DNA of 63,240 nt, counting the filler, from Diploschistes diacapsis (taxonomy: Eukaryota), in assembly GCA_023645945.1 (NCBI GenBank). It is 24 parts of 24 records of this genome, joined end to end, with 100 filler letters (N's around TTAATTAATTAA, not from the genome) between each part and the next. Parts side by side here need not be neighbours in the genome. Positions count along the whole stretch, not along the records: positions 1 to 18,646 come from JALAIB010000405.1; 23 more parts are not named here. One strand, written 5' to 3'. Each line of letters opens with the position of its first letter. Position 1 is the first letter of the stretch. The notes under the pieces are model-generated. The model did no database searches and was not told where the DNA came from. It saw nothing but the letters and a program-made list of their open reading frames with translations. A program made the position numbers and the translations under genes. Shown here piece after piece: positions 1 to 13,300 of this stretch.

Positions 1-2
1 CC

Positions 3-305
3 ACGGGTTCCTCCCCCCTTTCCAAAAACCCCCTCCCGAAGCCAAAGCCGTCAAAACACCACCTGGCCCCACCCCAAGACCCCACCGCCAAGCCGCTGAC
101 CTCTTTCTTCGCGAAGCCACACCAGCGCGCCGCGGCGCTCGACCGGACGCGCCGGGCGGCCGGGCGCATGCGGCTGGCGTTCGGCGTGCCGCTGCCGGAC
201 GTGCCGGAGAGCGGGGAGGAGGTCGAGTTTCGGCTGCCCGCTGGGTTCATGTCGGAGAAGGGGATGAGGGCGGCGGCCAGGCGGTGCAGGAGGGAGAGGA
301 GGTAA
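3..305 (+). CDS. 3' end of a conserved fungal hypothetical protein (5'-truncated at window edge)
   Basis: Frame +3 is open to TAA at 303-305: ...RAAALDRTRRAAGRMRLAFGVPLPDVPESGEEVEFRLPAGFMSEKGMRAAARRCRRERR*. GC-rich third positions; the C-terminus resembles a Pezizomycotina hypothetical family recalled from memory. Not in the ORF track because there is no ATG. Confidence 0.5.
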   Translation, partial: TGSSPLSKNPLPKPKPSKHHLAPPQDPTAKPLTSFFAKPHQRAAALDRTRRAAGRMRLAFGVPLPDVPESGEEVEFRLPAGFMSEKGMRAAARRCRRERR

Positions 306-1998
306 AACGGCGAGGGGGACTGGGACTGGGACGGGGATTGGGACGGAGGTTCTCATGGCCCCTGTGCTTGTAACCGTCTTTTTGCCGCATCGAAAGCAGG
401 CAGGCGGGGATGGATAGATGGGATACATATCTTCTTCCCCAGACAGATCGTCGCGCGGTTATGGGGGGCGGTCATGGGGGATGCCTGGTTTTCTCTCGAA
501 CCCCGTTTGGGAGAGGCGGGGAGACCGGGGGAAGATGGGGGAGATGACGCGATGTTTACGGCGTACAATAAGTCCAGCCTCATCACATTACTTTTACCTC
601 CCGTTCAAATGGCATCGCTTCTACTTTTTCCACCTCGAACTTGCTCGTTGCTGCTGTGATGCATGCGCGGACACGGTGGAGAGCCGGCATTATAGGCACA
701 CGGCCCAGGGCGGAAGGGGGCTGCGCGTCTTGAGGGGGGTGGAGATGGGAAATGGAGATGGAGGTAAGGCGCCCACTTGATGTGCTGAGATTTGCGGGGT
801 GCTTTTGTTTTACCCGCTGGACGTTGGAGGGGGGGATTACTTGGTGCCCGCTTTGATACAGAAGGAAGGGAGGAAGGGGCGTTGTTTTGGCACCCGCATG
901 GTTGGTTGTATACAGGATCTCCTTTCGTTTGACGACCAAGAAACTCCGTCTTTAATTGTATCAGGAATCAGGACGGGGGGTGGGGGGTGGTCGTGCTCTT
1001 TTTTGTAGGTCCCTCCCTGCCCCATCCGTCACCCACTTTATGGCTTGATCAAGAGCTCGAAGATTGGTTCAGGCTAGTAACGAAATGGATCTTGGGATGG
1101 TCGGAGCTTTTCCTGGAAACCTTGTTATGATTTATGTTGTTGTAGTTATGTTGAAGTATCTGTCGAGTTTCTCGGAAGAGGTTTTTGGTATGTTGGTATT
1201 GGTATGTTTAATATTGTATTGTTAGTATTATCGCCGATGTCGTTTCTAGGGTGATTGATACATGCCGGTTTCATGTCCTCGGGGGGTATACTATTAGGCT
1301 GAAATGTTTTCGAGCAGGTGTGGTTGTGGGTGGGTTGAGTTATTGTGCTTGCTAGAGAAGTTGCAGTGTAGTTCCTTTACCAGATAAACGTCCAAGAACT
1401 CCGTGTCGAAGTCAGGACAAGGGAGTGGTCTAGTTTGTAAGCTCCAGCGCAGCCCCAATTATTAGCATAGCCATACGGCTTGCTTATGCGGTGGGGGCCA
1501 CAAAGGGTGGACCACTAACAGCTCGACAGGGCAGGAAGCTGTATATGCCCGGTATCTGCGACGTTATAGACTCGCATTGACGTTCGCATTGCAATCCACC
1601 GACGCCGTTCAAGTGCCGCACAGTTCATTCCTAAGGTCTTACTCTAGACTTCTCCCGGTCTAGCAATGCTTTTGATTCTCATCATGTTCGAGAGGTCCGC
1701 AACATTAGAAGCAACAGTGCTACAACTACAGTATCCTCGGCGCATGCACAGCATTCCTGCAGCGTGGTTCACGCCGAACCACCGTAGTAGATGGAGTACG
1801 TTCGACAAAGCTTAATCAAACACTCAGACAAGGTGCTCTCGCTGTTAGTCCAGTCTCTCGGTCTGCTAACCCCCCGCATGATCCCAGCGTGTTGTCTTGC
1901 TTGTTTTGTTCTCGTCTCTGCCTCCTGTGGTTGTTTCTTCAGCAAGATATGTCGATGTATCCTTTCCTCCTTCCTTTCTGTTCGTTTATAGCCTCAAT

Positions 1999-3322
1999 AT
2001 GCTGCTGAGAAGGGATGGACTTACGGAGACGCACGTTCTGGGCGTGCGAGATCTGGGAATTGAGGCTGCTTTTCTGGTCATAGCTACGCTTGCCCTCGGC
2101 CTGCGCTTGTGGGCGCGGCGAATCAGCCAACGCCAGCTACGTTTTAACGACCATACGATTCTCGTTGCCTGGGTAAGACTTCTCGGACAGGCTGTTCGCA
2201 GCGCAAGCAGTCGCGGCCAGCACTGAAGACCTATAGCCCACCACTCTAGGGTTGTTCATAACCACGATTATTTGTAAGTGCCCCTGGGGTAACTCCGCGC
2301 GGGTAAAATGCTGACATTAGAAAGCCGTTGTGGACGGAGACGCCGGTAGCAACACCAACGACGTGAGCCTAACGCCTTTTGTGCAGTCTGAGAAGGTATC
2401 CGGCTGTGGTCTTTCCTCTCTTTGTTGCACTGCTCTAAGACTAGCAGACTATTGTCGCCGGCGACTACCTATGGGCCGTCGCCATTACCTTGATCAAACT
2501 CTCCATCCTCCACCTTTACATCACCCTCTTCCCAGGTCACCTGCTCCACAGAGCCTGCTACGCCATGATGGGCGTCGTCGTATGCTTCGGCATCACAGCC
2601 ATCTTCCTCACCTCCTTCATATGCACCCCTATTGCAGCACAATGGGATCCCACGGTACCCAGAACGTGCGGCGGCGAACGCACAGCGCTTCTGGTCGAGA
2701 GCATCGTCAACGCGACAATCAACCTCGTCATCATCTGCATACCAATGCCCACCCTGTGGCGGCTCCAAGTAAGAGTGAACCACAAAATCCTGCTTACTAT
2801 CGTCTTTGGCGTCGGTAGCCTGTGAGTCTCTGCCCTCTGGCCTCTCCTCCGTTCGAGTTTTACTGTCTCCTCTCATCCCCCAGTAGTTGACACACCCCGG
2901 CTCACCCCCTTGTCAGTACCTGCGCCGTAACAATCCTCCGCTTCGTCCCCGTCGCTCAAGCCTCCGCCAACGTCACCACCGCTCTCGCCCGCATGGCCCT
3001 CTGGACCCACCTAGAAGCCATGCTGGGCATCATCTGCGCCTGCCTCCCCATCGTCCGGCCCCCGCTCAGTCGACTGTGCCGGCTCGCCACGGGCCGCCCT
3101 TACAAAACATCCCCTTCGGAGCCGACACCCATGTCTCCGAGCACCGGGCCCAGGGCAAGGTACGGGAGGAGTAAAAGCATGAGCGGAAGCGAGGAGAGGA
3201 GCATGATCGGCGGGACGCGAGGGGGTAAGGGGAGGGATCTGTATCCGCTGACGGAGATTGGGGTTGAAGAGGGGGGATGGGATGATGGGGCGGAGCGGGA
3301 GAGTGGGATGGAGGGACGGTAG
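1999..3322 (+). CDS. PTH11-like / fungal rhodopsin-domain integral membrane protein (no CFEM domain), multi-exon
   Basis: Exon translations LALGLRLWARR...NDHTILVAW; IKLSILHLYITLF...FICTPIAAQWD...IICIPMPTLWRLQV...LLTIVFGVG; WTHLEAMLGIICACLP are hallmark motifs of this 7-TM family. GT-AG introns (e.g. donor 2173, donor 2822). Confidence 0.88.
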
Positions 3323-5716
3323 AGCTTGCCAGCAGGCCGAAGAGTCGAACGGAAGAGGAGAGGACGAGGCAGGAAGAGGCGGTGGAGCTGCCGGCGGTTG
3401 TGCCGGTCGGCTGGCCGGGCACGCAGGGCATAACGGTGAGGACGGAGTTTATTGTCGAGAGGGAGCGGAAATAGCGTATATACATGCTGAAATTTTTTAC
3501 GTTTCGATGATTTTTCCAGGTCCGGCGCTGAGTTTGGTGGGACCTTCAACCCTTTTTTTTTTTGCACTATTCGGTGGAGTTCTGATCACATGGCGAGATT
3601 GCGGAACGTGACCGCGTCGTCGCGAAAGGCAATGCCTGCAACTGTTCGTCTTGGGTGCTGCCGAGGCACGCAGATTGGGCATCTACATGTCCTTGGTGCT
3701 TCCGACTGGAGGTATCCTTTAGGTCTCGTCAACCGGCTGTCTGGAACCTCAACCGGTCGAGGCCAACCCGTCCGTTGTCCGTCAAAGCAGTGGCTATCCT
3801 CATCCTCGCAAATGTCGAGCTCCGAGCTGTCGAGATGGATCACGCTAACCAGGTTCTGCGTTGACTTGCGGGCGAGCCCAACCAGAAGCCCGGACATCAT
3901 GAGTCTCTTCGACTCTCATATCCACGGTCTGGAACACAGCAACGTTCCCACCATGATACAGTCAAAGACGAGACTGAAATTGATACCCATCAGAAGCTAA
4001 CTGCCATCTCGAAAGGGTCTTTGTGCTACTCGTCTATCCTATCTGGGCGGCCACCTGGATAGAGATTCTTGAACGCTGAATCCATGAGACTGGGAGACTC
4101 CGGGAGGTCAGGCATGTCGTCGAAGTGAGATAACATGGGGGGCCATGGCTTACGGAGATATGTATCAAAAGAACCAAGGGGTAACAAGCTTCGATATGGA
4201 GACTATTGCATGAATCTTCTGAATCAAATTCGAAAAGGTTACTTCGTCTCTATCCCTTCTTATATCTTCAGCCGCAAATCTTCCTTTTACAACACGTTCC
4301 GAGCATGGACTCAACCATCCGAGAGATTTCCCGCGACGAGAACGCCCAGTCCGCCGAAAGCTTCAATCCCAAACTCCGCCAGTGCCTCCAACCGCACCAC
4401 CAACCTCAAAGACCCCGCACACATCCCACGCTCTCGGTGGATAGCCACAGGGTCCCCCCCGCCCCGACAGCGCCGCCCTTCACGGCCTTTCTTCCGCGAC
4501 AACAACCCCACGCCACCCCCTTCCTTGAAGACGACGATACCCGTACAACAACAAGCCGAGCCGAGTCGAGTCGAGTCAAGTCGGCCAAGACGTCCAGAAA
4601 AACAGGCATGCTCCACCCTCGTCCCCCAGTCCAGAAACACAGCACACACAGCGCCAATCAATGACCTCGTCACTACATGCTCCGCCAATCACCTCCCTCG
4701 CCCTTAATCCAGCACAACGACCGAGGAAGGCCCTCCACGGTGCACTCAAGCCTCTCCTCCCTTCCCAACCCAATCTCTCGTCTGCAGCGGGCGGGCGCGC
4801 ACTTCGCTCAGCCGAGGCTTTTCCAAGCAGCGACCAATGTAGGCCCGTCCGCAGGCTTGGTTCGTCAACGACTGGGGTGGGGGGGATGTACATGTATGAA
4901 GCAAAGGGAAGTACTGGGGTACCCATGACCCCCCCGGACTTGGTTGTTTGGAGGCCCGTCTTTCCCTGAAGTCAAGGTAGGGGGAGGGAGCCTGGTGAAC
5001 TTGGAGGTGGGGCTACTGAGTAATAATTGCACTTCTCGGCACCGCTATGGTTTGGCAAGAACTTCGAGGAGGTAAAACGCATAGGGCTTTGTCGTCTGTA
5101 TCGTGCATCGGAATGGAGCAGGTCGTTTCTTGGCGACTGGGGAGCATCGTGGACGTTTGACTTGAGCAGGAATAACGATCTCTTTTTTTTTTGGGCATTC
5201 TTGGAGGCGGGGGTGGGTTGAGCTACTTCGGTCCGTTTGATTTTTACCTCGAGTTGGGCGGATCGTTGCTGATAGATCAATTGAATCTCGGAGAAGGGGT
5301 TGGTTGGCGCGTTCTTTTACGGGTCGATGATATATAATGACATCCATTAAAAGCCTTCGTCCAATTTTTTATTGTATTGATACTGATTCCTAAGGCGAAG
5401 CGAAAGGACTATAACATATGTTTTTATTAATATTCGAGGCAGCATCCGCAACAGCATTTCCCGCGTCATATCTAACGCAACGTGTGAAGTGACATCTCGC
5501 GCAGTTGGGACAGCCTCGGAAAGCACATATCTCGAGTACCTGGAGCAGTATCTGGGAGCCAGAAATATCGTGTGAATTGATCAACATTTCTATTTTCCCA
5601 CCTCACGTGCCTGCAACTCCTCAGGCTTTACCGAATCCTTTGAGTTTGCTACCCGGGGCCCGGGTGCATCGTACTCAAATTACCATGCTTTTGTCTTCGA
5701 CAATTGCGTGTCACGC

Positions 5717-6720
5717 CTAGGCTACAAGAGTGAGGAGGATAGTGGCATATTTTTGATCCTCGCTTAGAATAGCTTCTGTTTCTAGCCTCTAAAAGCAGAG
5801 GGCACCTTACGTTGCACCGACGCACCACAAATCGGCTGTCTTGGGTTTGCCTAACACGGCGAGAACCGTCAAGAAGGTCATCAGGATGACCGTCAACCCG
5901 CTCCTCCGACCCATCGAGCAGCGAGACAGTATACATGGGCAGAAAGAGGAGGGCGACCCATGTAGAAATCAGAACAATGTGCGCGAGGCTGTTGATCAGA
6001 GTCTGGAGGAAGATGTGGACGTTCGGATCCCGGGTGATATTGCTCCGGAAGCTCTATGGTGCTCTGTGAGCAATTCCTCCTGCAGGGAAGGGACCTTTTT
6101 TTCTTTTTTTTTGAAGATGAGCTGTAAGTCATACCTTTCCGATGACGCTGAACATCCCAGATGATGGTATCTTCAATGGGTCTCTCCAGGTGTACTGGGA
6201 TGTTGTTGCTTCTTGTCGGTGCAATGACCATGAGCTCAGTCTGGTGCTGCAGATACTCTGTCTCGTTCCGGGCCAAGCAGGCTGAGTTGTCTATCAAGTT
6301 TTGGAGGTTGCTGATGTTCTGGAGACTGGCTTCGTCGCGTGCGAGAGCCTTGTTGGTCCTACTGATAAGATTATCTTCGAGATTGAATGGACTGGTCTTT
6401 TTTCGTTTAAAGCTAACGGTAGGACATGGAAAGCCGATTCTTAGATGCCACTTACCACATACCCCTTCAATGCAACGTCCAAGCTCGCAAGGATTCCTTT
6501 CCTAGCCGTGTTTGTGTCTCGCCTCCAGCTCCCTAGAAACAAAGGCTTCGGCTCATCCATATCCAGCCTCTCCAGTTCCTTCTCGAGTACTGCGACCCTG
6601 TCCGGCTTGTATAGCAGCATCCGTACCCTTACGGTAGTAAAGCGCAGAAACACTGGGAACGACGGGTGTGTGCTAAGAAGGGTCGCGAATCCGGGGTCAC
6701 TTTTCGTGAACAAATCAATG
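5717..6720 (-). pseudogene. DUF6594-like membrane protein pseudogene
   Basis: PGFATLLSTHPSFPVFLRFTTVRVRMLLYKPDRVAVLEKELERLDMDEPKPLFLGSWRRD...; NLQNLIDNSACLARNETEYL; RDPNVHIF...; terminal TM segments LTVILMTFLTVLAVLGKPKTADLWCVGAT/YATILLTLVA*. +1 frameshift near 5897; last intron acceptor reads AA instead of AG near 5751. Confidence 0.72.
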
Positions 6721-6859
6721 TTGGCTGATTCTAATGATCAAAGACTATCCGCCTTGTTTCTTCACTGTGTTTGGAGCAGAATTATCGGAAACCGAAGCTG
6801 CTGATAAACACCCAATACATCTAATCTGATGATTCGGTATCCCGAATATCCCGAAATCA

Positions 6860-7475
6860 TGGCTTTTATGAATATCACACTAGCTTCTCCAGTACCTACG
6901 AGTTTGAAACCAACGAATAAAGAGTCACGAGCGTATTCCATGTAAACGCTTCGTCTTTTCAAGCTACTTCCCACAGCTGCAGCATTATTGGTGCTCGGTA
7001 CCCTAATTCGAAAACCAAAATCAAATACTCGTATCGTCTGATCATTCTGATCATCAGGCTGCCTTGACTGCCTGAAGGGTGCAAGGCATACCAGTTGACG
7101 TGAGAGATGAGGGGTCGCGCTTTGCAAGCTTATCAAGCATTGGCTGCGTTCTTCTTGTCTTCTGGTCTGCCTTCAGATTTGCTTGCAGGGTTGTCGAATT
7201 ATCGTCAAGCAAGAAGCTGCTGCAAGTTACTCGATCGGGGCTTATGTTCTCTGGCCAATGGCCGGATCGCGAAGAATCAGCAATTGGGCCAAAGAATTGA
7301 GAATTCTCCGGACATGAGTACTCTGACAGATGGTGATCCGTATCGATTGATGCTTTGTGTTTGAGAAAGACGGCAAAAGAAATTTCGACCCGGCCATAAA
7401 GTTCTCCTGTCGCTTCCTGGTCATCGAGCGTTTTTAGGGCCCTACTTGATTTCAACAGTGTCGCAGTTTGCAAGC
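6860..7475 (-). pseudogene. Degraded coding remnant, possibly the N-terminal part of the DUF6594-like gene
   Basis: Two overlapping frameshifted ORFs (LDDQEATGELYGRVEISFAVF...; HLSRQLVCLAPF...IRVFDFGF) lie on the same strand directly upstream of the DUF6594-like region. No family recognised with certainty. Confidence 0.35.
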
Positions 7476-7599
7476 TACATGCTTTGTACCGAAGACGGAG
7501 ACCCAGTCAATGATGGCAAGAAGTCAATGAAGGCCGGCTGAGTGCAGCTTGATCGAATATATTTAGAAGCAGTGGCAGATAGTTTTCGATTGAAGCGCC

Positions 7600-9718
7600 T
7601 CAAATGAATAAAGCGGAGGGTTCTCCATCGACTTCGATACCGTGAGAAAGTCGTGCTAAGACCACTGTTTCGAAAGCACGAGCAAATTGCGACTGATAGA
7701 TATCGTCCCTGATGATTGCCAAGTCTCCGCTCAAACACGCTCTCATAGCTTTCTCGTATTCAAAGCCCATGCCCATGCTCAGGAGAATCTGAGATCTTTG
7801 AAGAAGATATCCTCCCAATGAAGGCGACTAAATCCTCGCGGCAGCTTCTCCCAGATTCCAATCTCGAGTAGAAGCATGCGAAAAGAGTACATGTCATGCT
7901 TATTTTCGTGTTTGCTTCTCGGTGCCTGGCTTTGTTGGTCGGCGTGCCTATAGATGTCGCGCATCTCGTGGTGAGGATCTGGTTTGCGGGAAGAGTATCC
8001 ATCCTCTTCTCGAGAATGACAAAAAAGGTAGGGCTTTGGGTAGTCTACTAGCTTTATGTCGAGATCCTTGTAAAGACGTGCGATTTTTGCAATGCCAGAC
8101 CAAGGTTTAATGCAAGTTCGAACCTTTGGCCAAGGGTTGGCAGATTTGGATCATTTTTCTTGTTGGCATGTCGTCCCCTGATCGTGTACAGGGAAACAAA
8201 GCTCTGCCGTGGTCAACTCTGGTATGTGGAATTTCCTGCGGAGACGGCTCTGAGCACATTTGCGAGAGAATCCATTATCCTTAATCAGTCTTTATTAAAT
8301 GATGGATCCTTCTGTTCGTATGTCGCATGTTTTATGAAGATTGATCTATGCCCCACGTCGTCTTTGGTGATGAGACTGCTGAGGCTGACAACTGTGCGGT
8401 CCACATCAAGAAATGTAGGCTAGATTAACTGCATTAATGCCTGAGGTCGAATCTCTAGAGCCTGACCAGGCCCTATGCCTGAGATGTCCGGGGCCTGGAG
8501 CGTCTCTCGAAGCGACTCTTCGCGATAAAGAGAGGGAAAGTATAGAACCAACCGTTCCACGGTGCGTTGCAGGCCGAAAATATTAAGCTGAATGCTTGCA
8601 GAAGTGTTTGAACCGAGCCCTTTCCTTGTGCACAGTAGCAGATGAGGCCGGCTCTGCTCTAAGAAGTGATACTGATGTAATCAGTGCGTTCTTCAGTCGT
8701 GTCATAAATGTAGCCCATGCCTTTCCTGAGCTCGCTGGGATAGGACGGTGAGATAGAGACTACAGAAAAGCCATGACCGAGTTGGCGAGAAACTTTGCAC
8801 GTTCTGTGATGTCAAGGATATCTATCCCAAGAACATCTCGTAGAGCTGATTTCCATAACCAATCAGTAACCTTTTTAAGCAAGTTCTCATCACGGGTATC
8901 TCGAACGATCATTCGAAGCGACATCGACGGTACACAGTTGCTGGTGACTCCAGTCTCAAGGATTCCTGGGCTATGTTCCAGGCCATCTCGACCGAGCGGT
9001 AAGTAGATTGGACTTTCGAGGAGATTAGATCTTGCGCTCTCCATGCGGTGGCCGCCTTCTTTTGCAATGACGGACTTTTTCTCGTCGAAAAGTTCTGTAA
9101 CCACTTTCTATCCAGGCAGTCGTAAAGGAACGAGGACCTGACCGCCGCGGTTGCCGGTTCATCGCGCAAGCTACCACGATCTCTATCTCTGAAGGACAAG
9201 GCAGCGTAACAACAGTCTAGAAGCAGGACTACATCACCTTGAGCAAGCCCTGGAGCTGGTTGTATGTTGGACCAAATGGGTGTTGGGCCGCCTTGATCCT
9301 TGGCCGCCCAAACTCCCTTCTTATAATCACTCGCGCCCTCCTCGTCGCCATGGCCACCATAATGAATAATGGATAGGGATAGGGATCGACTCAAGTTGGC
9401 TGCCCGGAGAGATCAGCGGTGCGTTTGAGCAGTTTAAGCTCAGGGTTCTCGCTGATAGTGCAGAACATTGTATCCGGATCTCTTGCGGCAAAATTCTCCA
9501 AACTTGTCGGCTACATCTACGAAATCTGGATCGCTCATCTCCCGGTAAAGAAGCAGCACGACTACGAAGTCGTAACCTCGTCTTCTGTCTTTGCCGAAGT
9601 GGGCTTGAAGCTCCTGATTCAGGAGATCCTTACCACTACATGTGTTCAGTGCTGTCAGAGCTTAGTCAAAGACGTGGAGTGAAAGACTCGGACTGTTATC
9701 TCTCGCGGTTTCAAGCAT
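7600..9718 (-). pseudogene. Caspase-like (clan CD) peptidase fused to a C-terminal protein-kinase-like domain; frameshifted pseudogene
   Basis: N-terminus RGYDFVVVLLLY...SLSIIHYGGHG...VWAA...WSNIQP...DVVLLLDCCYAA gives a His-Gly/Asp-Cys dyad (about 9205-9365). Helical middle region NIFGLQRTVERLVLYFPSLYREESL. Kinase-like C-terminus PTLGQRFELALNLG...VDYPKPYL...DIYRHADQQ...HDMYSFRMLLLEIGIW...MGFEYEKAMRACLSGD...AFETVVLARL. Several frameshifts, stops and deletions. Confidence 0.75.
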
Positions 9719-10335
9719 CAGAACTGAAAAAGGATCAACGTATATTGCGCTCGGCTTGTTTGCTAATGTGCTTTGCAGGGTTCGGCCACGCTTGAAGATT
9801 ATCCCAAAGCGCACGAATGACTTCACGAATGCATATGCAATAAGAGGATATCCTTCAACCAATGCTCTGCAAGTATGATCTTGTGTAAATTAAAGCTGTG
9901 CTGTTGAAACTCTAGCAAAGCTATATCATTCTAGTCCTGTTCGATGTGGCTGCTGTGTGTCAATGGTGATCTTAAGCCGAAATTGGGTTGATGCCATTCT
10001 TGAGTGCATTCGCGCGCGCCTAGGCGTTGAACAAGGTGATTTCGGGCTGAAGACGAAGGCTGTAACCATTGACGTGAGCTTTACGTCCGATTTGTACGGT
10101 GCTGGATTCTCGGACGTTTTTTCGAAGGGCTTGAGGTTACTAGTAGGTATCAGTTCCCTTGCTAGTCATATCATGGCTATATAGATTGACGTACAGCTTG
10201 AACATACTTCGTTCTCTAATTCTTGCATAGTCTAGGCCAGAACGGTCAGTCAAGCCATCCATTCCACCTTCCTCCGTATCTCTTGGACGTCTCATCTCTC
10301 AAATCATAGGGCTGGACTCGAATTATTCTGGAGAA

Positions 10336-13300
10336 ATGACGGAGCTTCAAGTGGTCAGAGACAAACTTATACGCAAAGCTCCTCGTTTCCTTCCTGGAGA
10401 TTGCTGGAGAGGTGCATTGGGATACAGAAACTCAAGAAACGGTCCAGAGAGGCCAGCCCGACAATGAACATCTGATCTTGTTTGGCTCCGCTTCATCAAG
10501 TGAAGAAATGTTATTATATTTTCATTTGACCCTGGCTCAAGCTGGAGTCAACGTCAGAACCTTGGCCAAGACAGCGTGTACTTCGTTAGGAAGCATTCAT
10601 CCCTCAGTGGCGCGAACTTTACGCACCATATCATGTTCCGGACTTGCTCGACCAGCGCAAGCGATCCTATTTTGTCGAACATAGAGGTCTCAAATTGACG
10701 CACGATACTCCGGTAGCTTATAAGCTGCCGTACTCTCATTCACCTCAAGTCGAGATTGGTCGCCAAATCATTCAAGGGCTTGCTGCAGAGATGAGGATTC
10801 TTTGTCATCCGTCCATTAAGAACCACACGAACATTGCACGTCTATTGGGCGTTGCATGGGGTGCACAGAGAAGATATGGGTCTGTATGTCGACGGTGGGT
10901 GGGGGATTGGGGGTTGAACCGTCTGTCTGGCCAATTGTGGTCATTGAGAAAGCGACGCACGGCTCTCTGGAGGATCTGCTGAGAACCCATCATTCGAGAA
11001 ACGAATCTATTCCGCTCCTGACGAAATTCAAAAATATGCATTGCAAGCTTTACAGGTAAGGGGCCGGTTCCATCATACTTTAAACCGAAAGCTGAAACCC
11101 ATGAGACCGCCCATACTAACTAGATCTTCCACGCGGACATCAAAACCGAAAATGTTTTAATATTTACCTCTCACAAGGCACGAGTAAGAATTGGACAGCA
11201 AAGGCCTGTGATTTCAGCCATTCAAAGATGAATATTCATAGCAGCACAAAGTCTTTCCGAAAAATAGACATAATCAGAACAGAGCACTAACGTCTACTAG
11301 AGCTAGTTCCCCCTGACATTGTGATTCCTGCTTCCAGTCTCAGGTCAATTGCTGTATGGTGCTGGGGAATGCTTCTCTGGTATATGCTGTTGGGCGGCAA
11401 CCCGTACGATACGACATCCGGTGTAAGCATCCCGAAAGAGTTGATGCAAGAATACAGAGTTTCTGGAGTTCTGCATAACACTGCTCTTGAGACTTATCAG
11501 TAGATGCTCTATGGAGAACAGCATGATCACAAGCTCATAGTAGTCATCCTTGATTGTCTGTCAGGTACACTTCAGCAAGATCATCCTGGCGGTCTAGCTC
11601 AGAGGCTTTGCTACGTGACATCGCAAATGAGCTCAATTTGTACCACTCGCGCCAGAACAGTCCTTAGCTTCATTTGACGTAAAGTATTCTTGTGCATTCT
11701 GTTCACAACACTAACTCTTCACAGCTTACAAAGATGTATTGCGAATTTTGCCCTCCCCTCGTGCAGCAGCCCAAGTCACAAAGGTACTACGAGAATCTGC
11801 GAATGAACAAGTTCATGGTGAAAGTGTGAATCAGCTGGACTCAGCTGTCCAGCTGGTGCTGTGTTACATAGCTGGTTTTGGCATTGAGAGATCACAGACG
11901 AAAGCTATTGGGCTACTCTCGGAGGCTGCCCGGAGAGAAAGCTGGAAGTCGCGAGCCATTCTGCCATCGCTTTTCAAAATCACTTGATGTTGACGTTGAT
12001 GGATCGCTTCAGACCGAGCTCATAAGCTGGCAGAAACAAGCTTGTACGATGGGCTCAAGGATTACTTCACGATACCTCAGCGCTTTGAATGTTGACGGAA
12101 CGTCTCAATGCATTCCAATGCCAGAATCATGTCAAGCTGTTGAATGCGGCGACATTGAAAGTGTCGCTTTACTGCTCCGACGCGGAATTGCGCCTATGGT
12201 CCAGGGGTCAGAGCAGGATACGTCGCTCCACCGTGCTGTTCATTTACCGGCACACTTGGGCATCCAGATTACAACGACGCTTCTCGACCATGGAGTGGAT
12301 CCCTTTGATCTCCGAAGAAAACCGTCGAGTCTGGTAGCACTATCGAAATACGACTTCCTATTTAACGAAACGCCCAAAGTAGAGTCAGCACTACACTAGT
12401 CTATTATAGAGGACAATCTTCGAAAATTGATGTTCAACGCCCAAGGAATGTGATTTTTACGAATGACCACGTACTTACAGCTTGCCAGTATCTCAATCTC
12501 GAGTGCCTGAAGTACCTCCTGGGAGCAGTGGACTTTTCATAACCAAGCCCATATTGCAGCCAGAAACTTCAAGTCAGGCCATAATCCGCTCTATTACATC
12601 CTTTGGCCTAGCTTTTTTGAGCGACTGTCCAGACAGCTAATGTGAATCGACTAGATGGCTCTTCACTTTTTTCTCTTGCTCAGCAATGTCAAATGCAAAC
12701 GATAGAAACATTGCAGCAAAGCGTGTGGAGGATTGATACTGCACCCGAAAGGTCTTTTACCGCTATCCACCTGCTGGCTGCTTACGGGGAGCCGGAGCTG
12801 CTTGACATTTTTTCTGCAAGTGCCGGCTTTCTTTAGACTGATTGACGAGCCAAACAGTGAAGTTTATGGCAGGTGAGGCCGCTTCGAGGAGCAATCATCC
12901 GGGCCGAGCTGACATTTGCCGCGTTCTACTTAACTACGGAGCTGGCTACAGGCGTGTCTGTAACGGAATTCATGCCATATACGTATGCGCTCACGTCTGA
13001 GAAGCAGCATCGTACGGCATTGCAGAGTCAAACTTTGTTGCTAGGGACTCTTCCTGTTATCTTACTGAAGAGTCGGGGATTACGCTTGGAGAAGAAACAG
13101 AGGAATGGAGGGTTTGAGCTAGTAGAAGCTCAGCGCGAGAAGTCTAACAAAGCACTGCTGACCGACGCCACGCCTCTCCACTGGGGGATGCCGTAGCTTC
13201 ACAATCCATTCAGACTATTAGATTACTGCGCCGCGAGCATGCTGCGAGGGGACTGTTACTCCAAGCACTCAAGCTGGGTTATGAGCTCTGGAAGTCTCCA

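Noticed and set aside
3586..5350. Many overlapping ORFs of 60-190 aa on both strands
   Set aside because: No recognisable motifs or consistent exon structure. Expected in GC-rich intergenic DNA, though a decayed gene cannot be excluded.
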